64,000 nt of DNA, from assembly GCA_963770565.1 (NCBI GenBank), contig CAVYQE010000002.1, forward strand, positions 768,001-832,000, given 5' to 3'. This document shows positions 43,401 to 54,905 of the stretch, piece after piece. The notes under the pieces were generated by a model. That model ran no database searches and was not told the origin of the DNA. It saw only the letters and a list, made by a program, of their open reading frames with translations. A program made the position numbers and the translations under genes. Within the stretch, counting starts at the first letter, position 1, and every line of letters starts with the position of its first letter. The DNA comes from an uncultured Actinomycetota bacterium. Its GTDB lineage: Bacteria; Actinomycetota; Actinomycetes; JAFAQI01.

Positions 43401-44342
43401 CTAGCGCTGCTCGGCCGGCAGACCGTCGAGGTAGTGCTCCACATCCAGCGCTGCCGAACAGCCACTGCCGGCCGCGGTGATGGCCTGACGATACGTGTGG
43501 TCGACGAGGTCCCCGCAGGCGAACACGCCAGGGAGGTTGGTCCGGGTGTGCGGGGCGTCGACGACGACGTACCCCTCATCGTCGAGGTCCACCTGGCGGC
43601 GGATGAGCTCGTTGCGCGGGTCGTGGCCGATGGCCACGAAGACGCCACCGACATCGAGGGTCCTGGTCTCGCCGGACTCGACGTCCTTCAACACGATCCC
43701 CGAGACGCTGTCGTCGCCGACGATGTCCTCGACCGTGCTGTTCCAGGCGAAGGCGATCTTCGGGTTGGACGCCGCCCGCTCGGCCATGATCTTCGAGGCG
43801 CGCAGGGCGTCTCGCCGATGCACGAGGGTGACCGACTTGCCGAACCGGGTGAGGAAGGTCGCCTCCTCGACCGCCGAGTCGCCGCCGCCGACGACCGCGA
43901 TGTCCTGGTCGCGGAAGAAGAAACCGTCGCAGGTCGCGCACCACGAGACGCCATGGCCCGACAGCCGCTTTTCGTTGGCCAGGCCGAGCTCCCGGTACGC
44001 CGAGCCCATCGCCAGGATGACCGATCGCGCCAGGTGCTCTTCGCCGCCGACCACCACGCGCTTGATCGACCCGGTCAGGTCGACCTCGGTGGCGTCGTCG
44101 CTGATGATCTCGGCGCCGAACCGCTCGGCCTGCTTGCGCATCAGGTCCATCAGCTCGGGGCCCATGACGCCGTCGGGGAAGCCCGGGAAGTTTTCGACGT
44201 CGGTGGTGTTCATGAGCGCGCCGCCGTACTGCACGCCTTCGATCAGCAGCGGCTTCAAACTTGCCCGTGCGGTGTAGAGGGCCGCGGTGTAACCCGCCGG
44301 CCCTGACCCGATGATGATGACGTCACGGACCGCGCCGCTCAT
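43401..44342 (-). CDS. trxB: Thioredoxin reductase
   Basis: [29 protein letters not shown]. Confidence 0.96.
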   Translation of the reverse strand: MSGAVRDVIIIGSGPAGYTAALYTARASLKPLLIEGVQYGGALMNTTDVENFPGFPDGVMGPELMDLMRKQAERFGAEIISDDATEVDLTGSIKRVVVGGEEHLARSVILAMGSAYRELGLANEKRLSGHGVSWCATCDGFFFRDQDIAVVGGGDSAVEEATFLTRFGKSVTLVHRRDALRASKIMAERAASNPKIAFAWNSTVEDIVGDDSVSGIVLKDVESGETRTLDVGGVFVAIGHDPRNELIRRQVDLDDEGYVVVDAPHTRTNLPGVFACGDLVDHTYRQAITAAGSGCSAALDVEHYLDGLPAEQR

Positions 44343-44411
44343 CGCTGCTCCAGACCTGGTTGTGATGCTCCGCCTGCAGAACAGGAGTCTAGGGAGCGGC
44401 ATTCCCGCCGG

Positions 44412-45293
44412 TCAGTTGAGCGGTACCTCGTCCCTGATTCGCACCACGAGGTTGCCGCTGCAGCTCGGGTTCGTGACCCAGACGTCGACCTTGTTGGGGT
44501 CCGGGTCGCGCATCACGAGGATCGCGGACGGCGCCTTCTTGTACTGCCCGTTGGTCCAGCGGCCGAAATCGACCGCGATGGGCACCGCGTTCGGAATCCC
44601 GGTCAATGCGGCCGCACAGTGCAGGATGCGCGCGCGCGAGTCGAACAGCGGGCGCAGCACGGCTGGCACGGGCTGATCCGACAGGTTCTGCGGGTGGGTC
44701 GTCGCCGCGGTGCCCGACGCCGCGGGCTCCGGCGGCACACTGGTGGACGTCTGAGGGCTGAACTGTGCACCCGCGACCAGCCCGGGGATCAGCGTCGCCA
44801 GGTTGCTCGGCGTGTAGGTCACGCCGCTCGACGTGCGGACGTAGTCCTTCGGCTGCGCCAGGGCGCTGCGCTCGCTGCTCGGGGTGGAAGCGGTGGTGCC
44901 GCCCGCCTCGCTTCCGCCGGATGAGGACCCGTTCCCCAGGTGGCCGATGATGATGGCGCCGAAAGCGAGCACGATCACGGCCGCGGCCGCGCTGCCGGCC
45001 ATGGTCGGCCGGCTGAACCGCCGCCGCCGGTGCTCAGCGAGGTTCGGTACGACGTCGGGTGAGCTCGTCGAGGCGCGGGTGAGGGCCCGGTCGAGCCGCG
45101 CCTGCACCGCCTCCGGCATCGGCTCGGTGGGAAGTGCGGCGAGCGCCTGCTTGGTCGAGGCGATGGCATCCACGCGCGACCGGCACTCGGCGCACCCGGC
45201 CAGATGCGCCTGCACTTGCGCAGCACGCTCGGGGGTGAGCAAACCCTCGTCGAGCTCGGCGAGCTCGTCGAAGTCGATGTGGTCGTCGGTCAC
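44412..45293 (-). CDS. Zinc-binding anti-sigma factor of SigM
   Basis: H...HLAGCAEC ZAS motif, single TM; follows sigM. Confidence 0.85.
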   Translation of the reverse strand: MTDDHIDFDELAELDEGLLTPERAAQVQAHLAGCAECRSRVDAIASTKQALAALPTEPMPEAVQARLDRALTRASTSSPDVVPNLAEHRRRRFSRPTMAGSAAAAVIVLAFGAIIIGHLGNGSSSGGSEAGGTTASTPSSERSALAQPKDYVRTSSGVTYTPSNLATLIPGLVAGAQFSPQTSTSVPPEPAASGTAATTHPQNLSDQPVPAVLRPLFDSRARILHCAAALTGIPNAVPIAVDFGRWTNGQYKKAPSAILVMRDPDPNKVDVWVTNPSCSGNLVVRIRDEVPLN

Positions 45294-45937
45294 GCTGGCT
45301 CCTCGCCGTGGTTGTTCTCTGGTTGGACGCGCGGCGCGGCGAAGTCGTTCCCGGGCCCGGATTCGGCCCGGGGCTCGGGTGGTGCGGGTCGTCTCGGGTC
45401 GAGCTCGCTCAACTGCTCGGCGAGGCGGGCTCGGGCCCGGGCACAGCGGCTCTTCACTGTGCCGGTGGGGACGTCGAGCATGTCCGCCACCTCGTTGACG
45501 CTGTAGCCCTCGATGTCGACCAGTACGACGGCCGCCGCCTGCTCGGCCGGCAGGGCACGCAGCGCGGCCATCACGGCGAGCGAGGTCTCGCGCTCCGCGA
45601 CGGTGTCGCGGTCGGCCGGTTCGGAGGCGGGCTCGATCAGCAGCGGCTCGGTCGGACGCACCGATTGGCGGCGGGCCAGGTCGAGGCAGGCGTTGACGAC
45701 GATCCGGTGCAGCCAGGTGGTGACCGCCGAGCCGCCCCGGAAGCCGGCCGCCCCGCGGTGCGCGGACAGCAACGCGTTCTGCAACGCGTCGGCGGCGTCC
45801 TCTGGGTGTCCGAGGGTCCGAAGCGCCACTCCCCAGAGGCGATCCCGATGCCGGTTGAACAGTTCGGCAAAGGCATCGGGGTCGCCGTCGACGTGACGGG
45901 CGAGCAGCTCGTCGTCACCCGGCGGTGCGGCGCTCAT
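45290..45937 (-). CDS. sigM: ECF sigma factor SigM
   Basis: DAADALQ, TWLHRIVVNACLD, GTVKSRCARAR; position before trxB. Confidence 0.92.
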   Translation of the reverse strand: MSAAPPGDDELLARHVDGDPDAFAELFNRHRDRLWGVALRTLGHPEDAADALQNALLSAHRGAAGFRGGSAVTTWLHRIVVNACLDLARRQSVRPTEPLLIEPASEPADRDTVAERETSLAVMAALRALPAEQAAAVVLVDIEGYSVNEVADMLDVPTGTVKSRCARARARLAEQLSELDPRRPAPPEPRAESGPGNDFAAPRVQPENNHGEEPA

Positions 45938-46006
45938 TGCAGTGAGGGTAAAGGCTCGGGTCCGCTCGGCGGTCCTGACAGGCCGCGCGGGCGGGCATGA
46001 TCGCGG

Positions 46007-47401
46007 CTAGTGGAGCAGGGCGATTTCGGCCACCCCGAGCCGGTAGCCGCTGCCGGCCTTGGGCAGTGAGGTGATCCAGAGCAGCCAGTAGCGCGCGCGA
46101 ACCGCGGTCGCGAGGGTCAGCCGAACTGCGGCCGGACTGTCGGTGCGGGACGCGACAACCGGAAGGTCGCTGGCCTGCGTGGGCCGGACCGAGCCAGCCC
46201 TGATCTCGAAGCTCGCCCCGGGCGCCGAGAGCAACAGCTGGGCGACGGCAACGGTGGTCGGGTGGCGCAGGTCGAGCAGCAGGCCGACGCCGGGCTTGAG
46301 CCCGCCGAAGTTCGGCCGGCCGATGTAGGTGTCGGTGGTCCACTGTGTCGACGGGTCGTCGTCGACCGCCAGGCCGACCCCGCCCGGATCCTCCGACCCG
46401 TCGCCGTCCGGGTCGAAGCTGGTGATGTGCGGCGGGGTCGACCAGACCACCCGGGTGGTCACCGTCCCGGTCGTCTGGCGGGGCTGCGGGAAACTCGGGG
46501 CGACCGCCCGGGCCGGGCTCGGTACACGGCCGAGATCGCTGCCCAGCGTCCACGCGCCGAGCCCGACACCGGCGACGAGAAGCGGCGGGACCACCCGCCA
46601 CGCGACCCGCCGCCAGCGTCCGCGGCGTGGGTCGTCCGGATCCGGCGGCGGTGGGTTGAGGGGAGCCAGCGGAAGCCGGGCGAGGTCGTCGGCCATCGCC
46701 GCGGCGCTCGGATAGTCCCCGCCCAGCGCGCGGGCCGTGACCGCGTCCAGCTCCCGGCCGACCGCACGGCGATGGCGGCGCGGATGAAGCCCGTCCCCTC
46801 GCGTCGGAGCGGGCAAGCCGTCCCAACCGGGCAGGGGCCAGCGCCCGGTGACTGCGGCGTACAGCAGGCCACCGAGCCCGCGGGTGTCGTCGTACGACGG
46901 CTCTGGGCGCAGTGCAGTGCTCAGCTCGAGTCCGGTGATCCGCGGGTTGCCATCGCCGGACAGCACGACCTCGTCGGGGTGCAGCGCCCGGTGGTGGGCG
47001 CCGTGGTCGTTGGCTACTGCCACTGCCTGCGCGCACGACAGGACCAGTGCGGTGGCGACCGCGGGGCGCAGTGGTTCGTGGCGGATCGCGGTGGCCAGCG
47101 ACGGTCCGTCCACCCATTCGCTGATGATCCACACCGTCAGCGGCAACTCGTCCGAGCTGGTGCCGACATCGAGCACCCGCACCCAGCGGGCGTCGGGCAC
47201 GTTGCCGGCCCGGCCGGCGGCATCGAGCAACGCTCGGCCGGCCTCGGCGCTCTGGTCGACGACGATCCGAATCGCCACCTGGCGGCCGAGGACCTCATCG
47301 GCGGCCCGCCAGAGGGTTGCGTCGGGTCCACTGCGGTGGAGCAGCTCGTCGAGGCGATACCGGTCGGCCAGCCGGGCGCCTGCTTCGGCCCGCGGCTGCA
47401 C
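46007..47401 (-). CDS. Membrane pseudokinase (MviN kinase-homology-like) with extracellular domain
   Basis: Kinase fold start LADRYRL but VAIR, HRALHPDEV and RITG replace VAxK, HRDxKxxN and DFG; TM; C-terminal GGLKPGVGLLLDL. Confidence 0.8.
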   Translation of the reverse strand: MQPRAEAGARLADRYRLDELLHRSGPDATLWRAADEVLGRQVAIRIVVDQSAEAGRALLDAAGRAGNVPDARWVRVLDVGTSSDELPLTVWIISEWVDGPSLATAIRHEPLRPAVATALVLSCAQAVAVANDHGAHHRALHPDEVVLSGDGNPRITGLELSTALRPEPSYDDTRGLGGLLYAAVTGRWPLPGWDGLPAPTRGDGLHPRRHRRAVGRELDAVTARALGGDYPSAAAMADDLARLPLAPLNPPPPDPDDPRRGRWRRVAWRVVPPLLVAGVGLGAWTLGSDLGRVPSPARAVAPSFPQPRQTTGTVTTRVVWSTPPHITSFDPDGDGSEDPGGVGLAVDDDPSTQWTTDTYIGRPNFGGLKPGVGLLLDLRHPTTVAVAQLLLSAPGASFEIRAGSVRPTQASDLPVVASRTDSPAAVRLTLATAVRARYWLLWITSLPKAGSGYRLGVAEIALLH

Positions 47402-47431
47402 GCCTCGATGCTAGGGGCGAGTGAGCACGTT

Positions 47432-48535
47432 CTACGACAGCACGGTGCCGGGCTTCGCCCATGGCCGCATCGCGCCGATGAAGCCCTGCATGTAGACCGG
47501 TTGGATCTGGACGTTCTCGCCGGTGTGTGGAGCAGCGATCATGAGGCCCTGGCCGATGTACATCGTGACGTGGTGAATCGTCGCGGGGTCGGAGGTGTTG
47601 AGCGCGAAGAACAGCAGGTCGCCCGGCTCGAGGTTCGCGATCGAGGGGTGCGGTCCGGCGTTCCACTGCTCGGCGGCCGTGCGAGGCAGGTTGATGCCGG
47701 CGTGCGCATATGACCACTGGGTCAGGCCGCTGCAGTCGAAGGAATCGGGCCCGGTGGCGCCCCACACGTAGGGCATCCCGATCCGGCTCCGGGCGGCGGC
47801 GATCGCGGCCGCAGCAGTGGCGTTCGGCGGTGCGACCGGCGTCGCCGGGTTGATCGTGCCGCCGGCGGCCCGGACCGCGTCGATGAAGGAGGCCGCGCTG
47901 GCTTCGGCCGCGGCTGCCTCGTCTGCCTTCAGGATCTTGCGGACCATGCCGTTGGCGGCGTCGAGGGCGTTCTGTTCCTGGTTGAGCAGCCCCTGGACCT
48001 TGGTCGCGTCGGCCTGGCGGACGATCTGCAGCTGGGTGACCTCGCGGGCGAGCTTGGCGTCGCGCTGGTCGAGGGAGTGGGCCTGCGTGAGGGTCGCGAC
48101 CGCCCCCTGGGCGATCCGGCTCTCGTAGGAGATGACGTCGCCGGCCAACCGATACCGGTCAAGCGCCTGCGCCGGATCCTCGCCACTGAGCAAGGAGGCC
48201 ATCACCACCGGGTCGCCGCCGGTTTCGTACAACGCTCGAGCCCGGTTGACCACGGTTTGCTGGGCGGCGCTCGCGGTGGCCTGCATGGCGCTGAGCGCCT
48301 GGTCGGCCTGACCGCGTCGGGCCACCGCGATGTTGAGCTCGGCCTCGGTCGCGTCGTACTTCTCGGTGACCACCTCAGCCTGGGTGGTGAGCTGGTCGAC
48401 GGTCTTGCTCAGGGCGGCCGCGCGGGCGCGGGCGTCGCTGAGCGGATCAGCAGTGGCGCTGGTGGCGAGGACGGTGGTGAGCACGCTGGCACTGACGAGG
48501 ACCAGTACGCCGGCGGAGCGGCTGAGGCGGCGCAT
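47432..48535 (-). CDS. NlpC/P60 peptidoglycan endopeptidase with coiled coil (RipC-like)
   Basis: Signal peptide, coiled coil, PYVWGATGPDSFDCSGL, PGDLLF, HVTMYIG. Confidence 0.9.
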   Translation of the reverse strand: MRRLSRSAGVLVLVSASVLTTVLATSATADPLSDARARAAALSKTVDQLTTQAEVVTEKYDATEAELNIAVARRGQADQALSAMQATASAAQQTVVNRARALYETGGDPVVMASLLSGEDPAQALDRYRLAGDVISYESRIAQGAVATLTQAHSLDQRDAKLAREVTQLQIVRQADATKVQGLLNQEQNALDAANGMVRKILKADEAAAAEASAASFIDAVRAAGGTINPATPVAPPNATAAAAIAAARSRIGMPYVWGATGPDSFDCSGLTQWSYAHAGINLPRTAAEQWNAGPHPSIANLEPGDLLFFALNTSDPATIHHVTMYIGQGLMIAAPHTGENVQIQPVYMQGFIGAMRPWAKPGTVLS

Positions 48536-48930
48536 CAGCTGATCGAGTTGCCGTCGCCGTGCTCGACGGTGACCGTGTACTTGCGAAGGGCGCCGATCCG
48601 ATGAAACACCAGCGTGCTCACAGGGCGTCGCAGCGTCAGGTGGACAGTGCCGTCCGGGTCGACGGTGAAGTCGCGGGTGAGGACGGTCTCGTGCTTGCCG
48701 GCGACGGCAGCGACGGCGGCCTGGTAGGCCAAGTCGATGTTGGTGGGGTGGGAGTGCCAGGCGGAGCTCGCGGCGTAGGCGGCAGTCTGGGCGTCGTTCT
48801 CGGTGGAAACCCGGGAGGCCATCACGGACACGCCGTCGTAGGCGAATACGCCAACGATGGCGAGCACGACGACGAGGACCGTGATGGTCTGAAGTCGTGC
48901 GGCACCACGGTCTTTGCCGCTGGTCCGCAT
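48535..48930 (-). CDS. Tad/Flp pseudopilin-like membrane protein
   Basis: DRG-A followed by hydrophobic helix and DAQTAAYAAS; AAGGAGG RBS before ATG 48930. Confidence 0.55.
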   Translation of the reverse strand: MRTSGKDRGAARLQTITVLVVVLAIVGVFAYDGVSVMASRVSTENDAQTAAYAASSAWHSHPTNIDLAYQAAVAAVAGKHETVLTRDFTVDPDGTVHLTLRRPVSTLVFHRIGALRKYTVTVEHGDGNSIS

Positions 48931-48950
48931 TGTCCCTCCTTCAGAAGGGA

Positions 48951-48978
48951 TGTCGGCCCGATCGAGCGGCGCCTTGAG
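48951..48978 (-). promoter_or_regulatory. Sigma28 (FliA/WhiG)-like promoter
   Basis: Minus strand CTCA-N17-GCCGACA, 20 nt upstream of ATG 48930. Confidence 0.5.
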
Positions 48979-49050
48979 GTAGCGGAGCGGCACAAACCCG
49001 GCGTCGGCGAGCGGGCGCAAGCGGCCGGCGGACCCGGATCGAGCTCGGGG

Positions 49051-50709
49051 TCAGAACCGGCCGGGCAGCAGCTCCAGGAGTTCGCCCACCTCGTGCACCC
49101 GCAGCCGGCGGGCAATCAGGATGAACACGACAATCCCGACAGCCGCTGTGGCGGCGATGTCGGCGAGCGCTCCGAGCGGCCGTGACTCCCTGCCGGACCC
49201 GATCAGGCGGGTGATCAGCTCGGCCGGGACGGCCGCGATCAGACCGGCGAAGAGCAGCCGCACATGGGTTCGGATCACGTGCGTCGGCTCGGTTGCGACG
49301 ATCCGGCGCCGCAGCATGATCGTGAAGACCGCAGCGCCGAGTACGTACGACGCCGAGTAGCCGAGCGCCAGCCCGAAGGCCTTGTCCCTCGTGGGCAGCG
49401 CGATATAGAGGATCACGTCGACGATCAGGTTGACCGCGGTCGCCGCGACGTTGACCAGCATCGGGGTACGCGAGTCCCGCACCGCGAGCCAGGCGCGCAA
49501 CTGCATCTGGAAGGCGCAGAACGGCAGCAGCCCGATCCCGAACGCGACCAGCACGACGCCGGTCTGGTGCGCGTTGTGCGGAGTGGTGTGGCCGTGGTCG
49601 AACACCGCGATCGCGATCGACGGGCCGAGCACGATCAGCAACACGGTGGCCGGCACCAGGACGACGGCCGAGACCGACAGCCCGCGGGCGAGGGAGTGTG
49701 CGACCGCGGACTCGTCGCCGGCCGCGGCGCTTCGGCTCATCCCGGGGAACAGTGCCGTGATGACCGACACCGCGACGACGGCGTACGGCAGCGAGAACAG
49801 GATGTAGGCGTTCGAGTAGATCGCGTAGACGCCCTGGCCCTTGCCGACCGACTCCGACAGGGCCACGACCACGAGGTAACCGACCTGGTTGGTGACGACG
49901 TAGCCGAGCATCCAGCCGGCGAACGGCCCGGCCTTCCGTAGCCCGGCGTGCCGCCAGTCCCAGCGGGCCTTGAGCCGGAAGCCGACCTGGCGGAGCGACG
50001 GCATCAGGGCAATCGTCTGCACGACGACGCCGGCGGTCGTGCCGATCGACAGCACGAGGGTCTGGGTATGGCTGAGGTAGCCCGGGTGCGGGGTCGTGTG
50101 GGTGATCACGTCGAAGGTGATGCCGGCAGCGATCACGACCACGTTGTTGAGCACCGGCGCCCACATCGGCGCCGCGAAGCTGCCGCGGACGTTCAGGATC
50201 GCGCCGAAGGTCGCGCCGATCCCGTAGAAGAGCAGCTGCGGCAGGAAGAACCGCGCGAAGGTGACCGCCAGCTCGCGCTGGGCCGGCCGCGCGTAGTGCG
50301 CGTACGCCGAGATGATCACCGGCGCGAGCAGTACGGCGAGGATCGCGACCGCGGTCAGCACGACCGTGACCACCGTCAGCAGCCGCTGGGCGTAGGCCTC
50401 ACCCTCGTCGCCGTCGTCGTGCGCGGCCTGCACGAGCAACGGCACGATGACCGCGCTGAGGATGCCGCCGAGCAGCAGGTCGTAGAGCGCGTTGGGCACC
50501 GTGTTGGCCACCCCGTAGGCGTTGCCGACGCCGGCCTCGCCGATCGCCGAGGCGATCACTGCGGTACGCAGGAAACCGGTGCCCCGGGAGGCGATCGTGC
50601 CGTAGGCCATCGCCCGGCTGCTCGAGGCCAGGCTGGGCGGAGCCGGCGGCGCCAGTGGTGTCGGTGGCGGCACCGGGTCCGGCTTGATCGGGATGATCGG
50701 GTAGCTCAT
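49051..50709 (-). CDS. murJ: Lipid II flippase MurJ
   Basis: SRGTGFLR, ANTVPN, GGILSAVIVP, FFLPQ, APVLNN. Confidence 0.93.
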   Translation of the reverse strand: MSYPIIPIKPDPVPPPTPLAPPAPPSLASSSRAMAYGTIASRGTGFLRTAVIASAIGEAGVGNAYGVANTVPNALYDLLLGGILSAVIVPLLVQAAHDDGDEGEAYAQRLLTVVTVVLTAVAILAVLLAPVIISAYAHYARPAQRELAVTFARFFLPQLLFYGIGATFGAILNVRGSFAAPMWAPVLNNVVVIAAGITFDVITHTTPHPGYLSHTQTLVLSIGTTAGVVVQTIALMPSLRQVGFRLKARWDWRHAGLRKAGPFAGWMLGYVVTNQVGYLVVVALSESVGKGQGVYAIYSNAYILFSLPYAVVAVSVITALFPGMSRSAAAGDESAVAHSLARGLSVSAVVLVPATVLLIVLGPSIAIAVFDHGHTTPHNAHQTGVVLVAFGIGLLPFCAFQMQLRAWLAVRDSRTPMLVNVAATAVNLIVDVILYIALPTRDKAFGLALGYSASYVLGAAVFTIMLRRRIVATEPTHVIRTHVRLLFAGLIAAVPAELITRLIGSGRESRPLGALADIAATAAVGIVVFILIARRLRVHEVGELLELLPGRF

Positions 50710-52895
50710 GTGGCGGCGTCGGCCGTCGAGCGGCGGGCCGCCATGGCCCGACGGGTCAGCCGAATGGCGACCGCGACCATGAGGGCGGCGGTCGCGGCGC
50801 CGGTGATCACGAGAGTGATCGTGCCGTACACCGTGGAGCGAACATACAACCGAACCGGGCTGCCGAGCGCCCGTCCGCTCGGCGTGAGGAGCTGGACGAT
50901 GAGCGGGAACACGCCCGAGGTCTTCGCTGAGGCATGCAGATCGATGGCGACCTGCTGGTGGGCCGGGATCACCCGGACCAGTGTGTTGTCCCGCGGTGTC
51001 AGACGCGGGTTCTTCACAACGTGGACGATCACGCTGACCGGGACGTCGAGGTGGTTGGCGACGGTCACCGGCACCTTGCCGCCGTGGCTGGTCAGCGTGA
51101 CGTGGCTGTTGGGCGCCGAGGTGATCCGGACCTGGCCGATCTCGCCCGTCACGGTGTCTCTCAGTGCGGTCAGCTCGGCCTGGCCCAGTCGTGGCTTGTT
51201 CCGCCAGGCCGAGGAGAGCGCCTGCTCCAGGGCGGTGTTGTAGCCAGCGACCAGCGGCGTACCTTGCGGCAGGATCGCGGCGAAGTCGGCCACCTGCTTG
51301 CGGGCCGCGGTGACCTGCCCGAGATACACCGGCGACAGCTCGGCCCGGCGGGCCGGCCTCGGGTAGGTGAGCGGGTCGCGGTCGACCACGGTGATCGGGT
51401 TCTGCAGCACCGCGTCGAGGCTGATGGGCTCGATCCAGGGCACCTTGCCGGTGTCGGCGAGCAGCGACGCGGCGTAGGTCGGGCTCGGATTCCAGCGCCG
51501 CTCGGGGGCGACCACCAGAGCGCGCTGCTGGTTCGGTTGCTGGCGCTGGATCATCAAGGTCTCGGCCAGGAAGTTCTGCAGCGACAGTCGAGAGCCGTCG
51601 GGATTGTTGATGCCGCCGGTGACGTCGGCATCGATCCCCGAGTCGCTGAGCAGAGCCTGCACCGGGCCCTCGTCGGTCGTGACGATCGCGTGCGCCGAGG
51701 GCGTGGCAGCCGGTGGCCCACCGAGGATCGGGAGGTTGGTGTCCGACAGCACCATCGCGGTGTCACCGGTTGCGGTCATCAGGCTGATCCCGCGCTGGTT
51801 GGTAAGACCGTCGACGGGCCAGCCGTAGGAGAGCAGCGACAGCGAGCCGAGGTCCTTCTGCAGCAGCTGCTGACCGGTTGTCGTGGCCACCCCGATGGTC
51901 GTCGCGAAGTCACCCGTCCGGGCCGCCGCGACGAGGTCGGGGTCGGCGTAAGGAAGCGGGAGGACACTCGCGTCGGTGCGGGTGACGGCGGTCTTCAGGC
52001 TGGCCAGCCACTGCTTCGCGGCGCTCGTACCGGAGCCGGCCGAGGTGGAGTTGTTCGCGCCCTGGACCCGATATCCCGACGCCATCGACGCGACGTCTCC
52101 GACCAGCATCGGATCGATCGCCCAGGTCACCGGGACGTTGACGGTCCTCGGCTTGTGACCGAGCGGGCTCTGGTCCTCGGCGTTGGAGCCGGCCGTGAGT
52201 AGGCCGGCCAACCGCCCGCCCGCACTGATCTCCGGTGCGAGGGAGTCGTCGAACCAGGTCCCGCCGGCGCTGCGATGCGGGCGGTCGACCAGCGGCCATA
52301 CCCAGGCCACCGGGGTCGGCGAGCCCGGGCCGATCGCGTCGCGAGGGGCCCACGGCAGGAAGGTGCGGAGCTGACCGACCGTGCTGGTGCCTACCGAGGT
52401 GGTGCCGCTGACCGCGATCCCGAGCTTGTTGACCTGCCACTGGCCGAGCAGGCCGAGCCGGTCGCGGGTCGCGAGATCGAGGGTGAGACTGATGCTGAAG
52501 TGCTCGCTCGCGCCTGGAGCGAGCGTGGTCAGTTGCGCCGGCGCCGGACCGGTGGCGAGCTGCTCTCCAACCAGCGGGCCGTCGGGGGCGGCGGCGTACG
52601 AGTCGAAGTCACTCCGCGCGAGAACGGCCGGGCTGATCTCGAGTGAGAGCGCCAGGTCGGAGATCGGAGCGGAGGAGACGTTCGTCATGCCGCCGGTGAG
52701 CACGAGGGTGTCGCCGGGCTGCGGGGCGACCGGCTCGAGCGAGGTGAGGCGGAGCTGGATCGGCGCGCTCGAGCCGGCGGCGGCCGCAGCCGGAGTGCCG
52801 GGCAGCACCGCCGCGGCCAGCGGCCCGAGCGCGAAGACGGTGGCCGCGACCGGCGCGGCGAGCGCGACGACGGTACGACGCCGCGGTCGGGTCAT
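50706..52895 (-). CDS. DUF6049 membrane-anchored secreted protein (Rv3909-like)
   Basis: [22 protein letters not shown]-terminal TM; between NUDIX and murJ. Confidence 0.8.
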   Translation of the reverse strand: MTRPRRRTVVALAAPVAATVFALGPLAAAVLPGTPAAAAAGSSAPIQLRLTSLEPVAPQPGDTLVLTGGMTNVSSAPISDLALSLEISPAVLARSDFDSYAAAPDGPLVGEQLATGPAPAQLTTLAPGASEHFSISLTLDLATRDRLGLLGQWQVNKLGIAVSGTTSVGTSTVGQLRTFLPWAPRDAIGPGSPTPVAWVWPLVDRPHRSAGGTWFDDSLAPEISAGGRLAGLLTAGSNAEDQSPLGHKPRTVNVPVTWAIDPMLVGDVASMASGYRVQGANNSTSAGSGTSAAKQWLASLKTAVTRTDASVLPLPYADPDLVAAARTGDFATTIGVATTTGQQLLQKDLGSLSLLSYGWPVDGLTNQRGISLMTATGDTAMVLSDTNLPILGGPPAATPSAHAIVTTDEGPVQALLSDSGIDADVTGGINNPDGSRLSLQNFLAETLMIQRQQPNQQRALVVAPERRWNPSPTYAASLLADTGKVPWIEPISLDAVLQNPITVVDRDPLTYPRPARRAELSPVYLGQVTAARKQVADFAAILPQGTPLVAGYNTALEQALSSAWRNKPRLGQAELTALRDTVTGEIGQVRITSAPNSHVTLTSHGGKVPVTVANHLDVPVSVIVHVVKNPRLTPRDNTLVRVIPAHQQVAIDLHASAKTSGVFPLIVQLLTPSGRALGSPVRLYVRSTVYGTITLVITGAATAALMVAVAIRLTRRAMAARRSTADAAT

Positions 52896-53350
52896 GCAGT
52901 GTCCGCGAGTAGCGCCGGCACCTGCGCGATCAGTCGCCGTTCGTCGTCGTAGGCCAGCCGGTTGGCAAGCTGGTCGAGCGGGACCCACTCGACCTGCTCG
53001 ACCTCGATGTCGTCGTCGGAGAGTTCGCCGCTCGCGGCCAGCATCAGGAAGTGGTGCACGGTCTTATGGATCCGGCGGCCGTCGGCGACGAACCAGAAGT
53101 CGATCGTGCCCAGCGGCGCCACGACCCGCCCGGTGATCCCGGTCTCCTCGGCGACCTCCCGGATCGCGGCGTCCTCGTTGGTCTCGCCTTCCTCGACGTG
53201 TCCCTTGGGCAGCGACCAGCGCAGCCGGCCCCTGCGGTCGAGCCGCCCGATCAAGGCTGCGCGCGGATCGTTGGCTGCGGTGTCGACCACCAGCCCGCCC
53301 GCGGAGGTCTCCTCGACCCGCCGCAACCGATCACGCGAAGCGGGGGACAT
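52892..53350 (-). CDS. NUDIX hydrolase (MutT4-like)
   Basis: [25 protein letters not shown] Nudix box; TACGAT -10 just upstream suggests a leaderless start. Confidence 0.92.
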   Translation of the reverse strand: MSPASRDRLRRVEETSAGGLVVDTAANDPRAALIGRLDRRGRLRWSLPKGHVEEGETNEDAAIREVAEETGITGRVVAPLGTIDFWFVADGRRIHKTVHHFLMLAASGELSDDDIEVEQVEWVPLDQLANRLAYDDERRLIAQVPALLADTA

Positions 53351-53439
53351 ACCCCGATCGTAGGGGCGAGCCGGGCCGTGATCGGCTCGCTCGCGGGTGT
53401 TGGCGTCGCCACGATCGGTTTCGCTCATAGTCTGCACGC

Positions 53440-54888
53440 GTGCCTTCCGACGCCCCGAGTGCCATTGCCGCGGCACGGCACGCGGTGCGCGAGCTGCTCC
53501 GGGTGAGCGGGATCACCGATCAGCTGGCGCGGCGGTTCGGCGTCGCCGGGCACCGGCTGTACCTGGTCGGCGGGCCGGTCCGCGACGCACTGCTCGGCCG
53601 AGAGACCGCCGATCTCGACTTCACCACGGACGCCCGGCCGGAGGAGGTGCTCGCGCTCGTCGGCCCGCTGGGGCCGACCTGGACGACCGGCATCACCTTC
53701 GGCACGGTCGGCGTACAGATCGATGACCGCAAGTGCGAGATCACCACCTTCCGGAGCGACTCCTACGACCCCGAGTCACGCAAGCCGGCGGTGGAGTTCG
53801 GATCGACCGTCGAGGGCGACCTCGGTCGCCGCGACTTCACCATCAACGCGATGGCGGTGGCCCTCCCGGTCGACGCGGCGCAGCCGATCGTCGACCCGTT
53901 CGGCGGCCTCGACGACCTGGTCGCCAAGGTGCTGCGGACCCCCGACAAGCCGGAGCGCTCGTTCGCCGACGATCCGCTGCGGATGCTGCGGGCTGCTCGC
54001 TTCTCCGCCCAGCTGGGGTTCACGGTTGCCCCGGATGCGGTCGCGGCCGTGCGCTCGATGGCGGCCCGGCTCGAGATCGTCAGCGCGGAGCGGATCCGGG
54101 ACGAGCTGGTCAAGCTGCTGTGCGCGGACGACCCGCGTCGCGGCCTCGAGCTGCTCGTCGACACCGGGCTGATCGAGTTCTGCCTGCCCGAGGTCGGCCG
54201 GCTGACCGAAACGGTGGACGAGCACCGTCGGCACAAGGACGTGTACGCCCACACGCTGACCGTGCTCGAGCAGGCGATCGCGCTCGAGTCGGACGGGCCG
54301 GACCTGGTGTTGCGGCTGGCCGCGCTGCTGCACGACATCGGCAAGCCCAAGACCCGCTCGATCGAGGCGGACGGCAAGGTGTCGTTCCATCACCACGAGG
54401 TGGTGGGCGCCGACATGACCCGCAAGCGGTTGGCCGAGTTGCGGTTCCCGGGCGAGATCGTCGACGACGTGTCGCGGCTGGTCGAACTGCATCTGCGGTT
54501 CCACGGCTACGCGGGCGGGACGTGGACCGACGCGGCGGTTCGTCGCTATGTCCGTGATGCCGGTCCGCTGCTCGACCGGCTGCATTCACTGACCCGGTCG
54601 GACTGTACGACCCGCAACGCGCGAAAGGCGCGGGCGCTCGCGGCGGCGTACGACTCGCTGGAGGCGCGGATCGGCGAACTGGCCGCGGAGGAGGACCTCA
54701 ACCGGATCCGGCCCGACCTCAACGGCAACGAGATCATGCGCGAGCTCTCGCTCGAGCCGGGTCCGCTGGTCGGCAAGGCGTATCAGTACCTGCTCGAGCA
54801 GCGGCTCGAACGCGGGCCGCTCGCGCACGACGAGGCGGTCGCGCTGCTCCGCGAATGGGCCGCCAACCAGGGCCTCGAGACCTCCTGA
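53440..54888 (+). CDS. pcnA: CCA tRNA nucleotidyltransferase (HD domain)
   Basis: [40 protein letters not shown]. Confidence 0.93.
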   Translation: MPSDAPSAIAAARHAVRELLRVSGITDQLARRFGVAGHRLYLVGGPVRDALLGRETADLDFTTDARPEEVLALVGPLGPTWTTGITFGTVGVQIDDRKCEITTFRSDSYDPESRKPAVEFGSTVEGDLGRRDFTINAMAVALPVDAAQPIVDPFGGLDDLVAKVLRTPDKPERSFADDPLRMLRAARFSAQLGFTVAPDAVAAVRSMAARLEIVSAERIRDELVKLLCADDPRRGLELLVDTGLIEFCLPEVGRLTETVDEHRRHKDVYAHTLTVLEQAIALESDGPDLVLRLAALLHDIGKPKTRSIEADGKVSFHHHEVVGADMTRKRLAELRFPGEIVDDVSRLVELHLRFHGYAGGTWTDAAVRRYVRDAGPLLDRLHSLTRSDCTTRNARKARALAAAYDSLEARIGELAAEEDLNRIRPDLNGNEIMRELSLEPGPLVGKAYQYLLEQRLERGPLAHDEAVALLREWAANQGLETS

Positions 54889-54905
54889 CCCGCGCCCAAC
54901 CCCCT

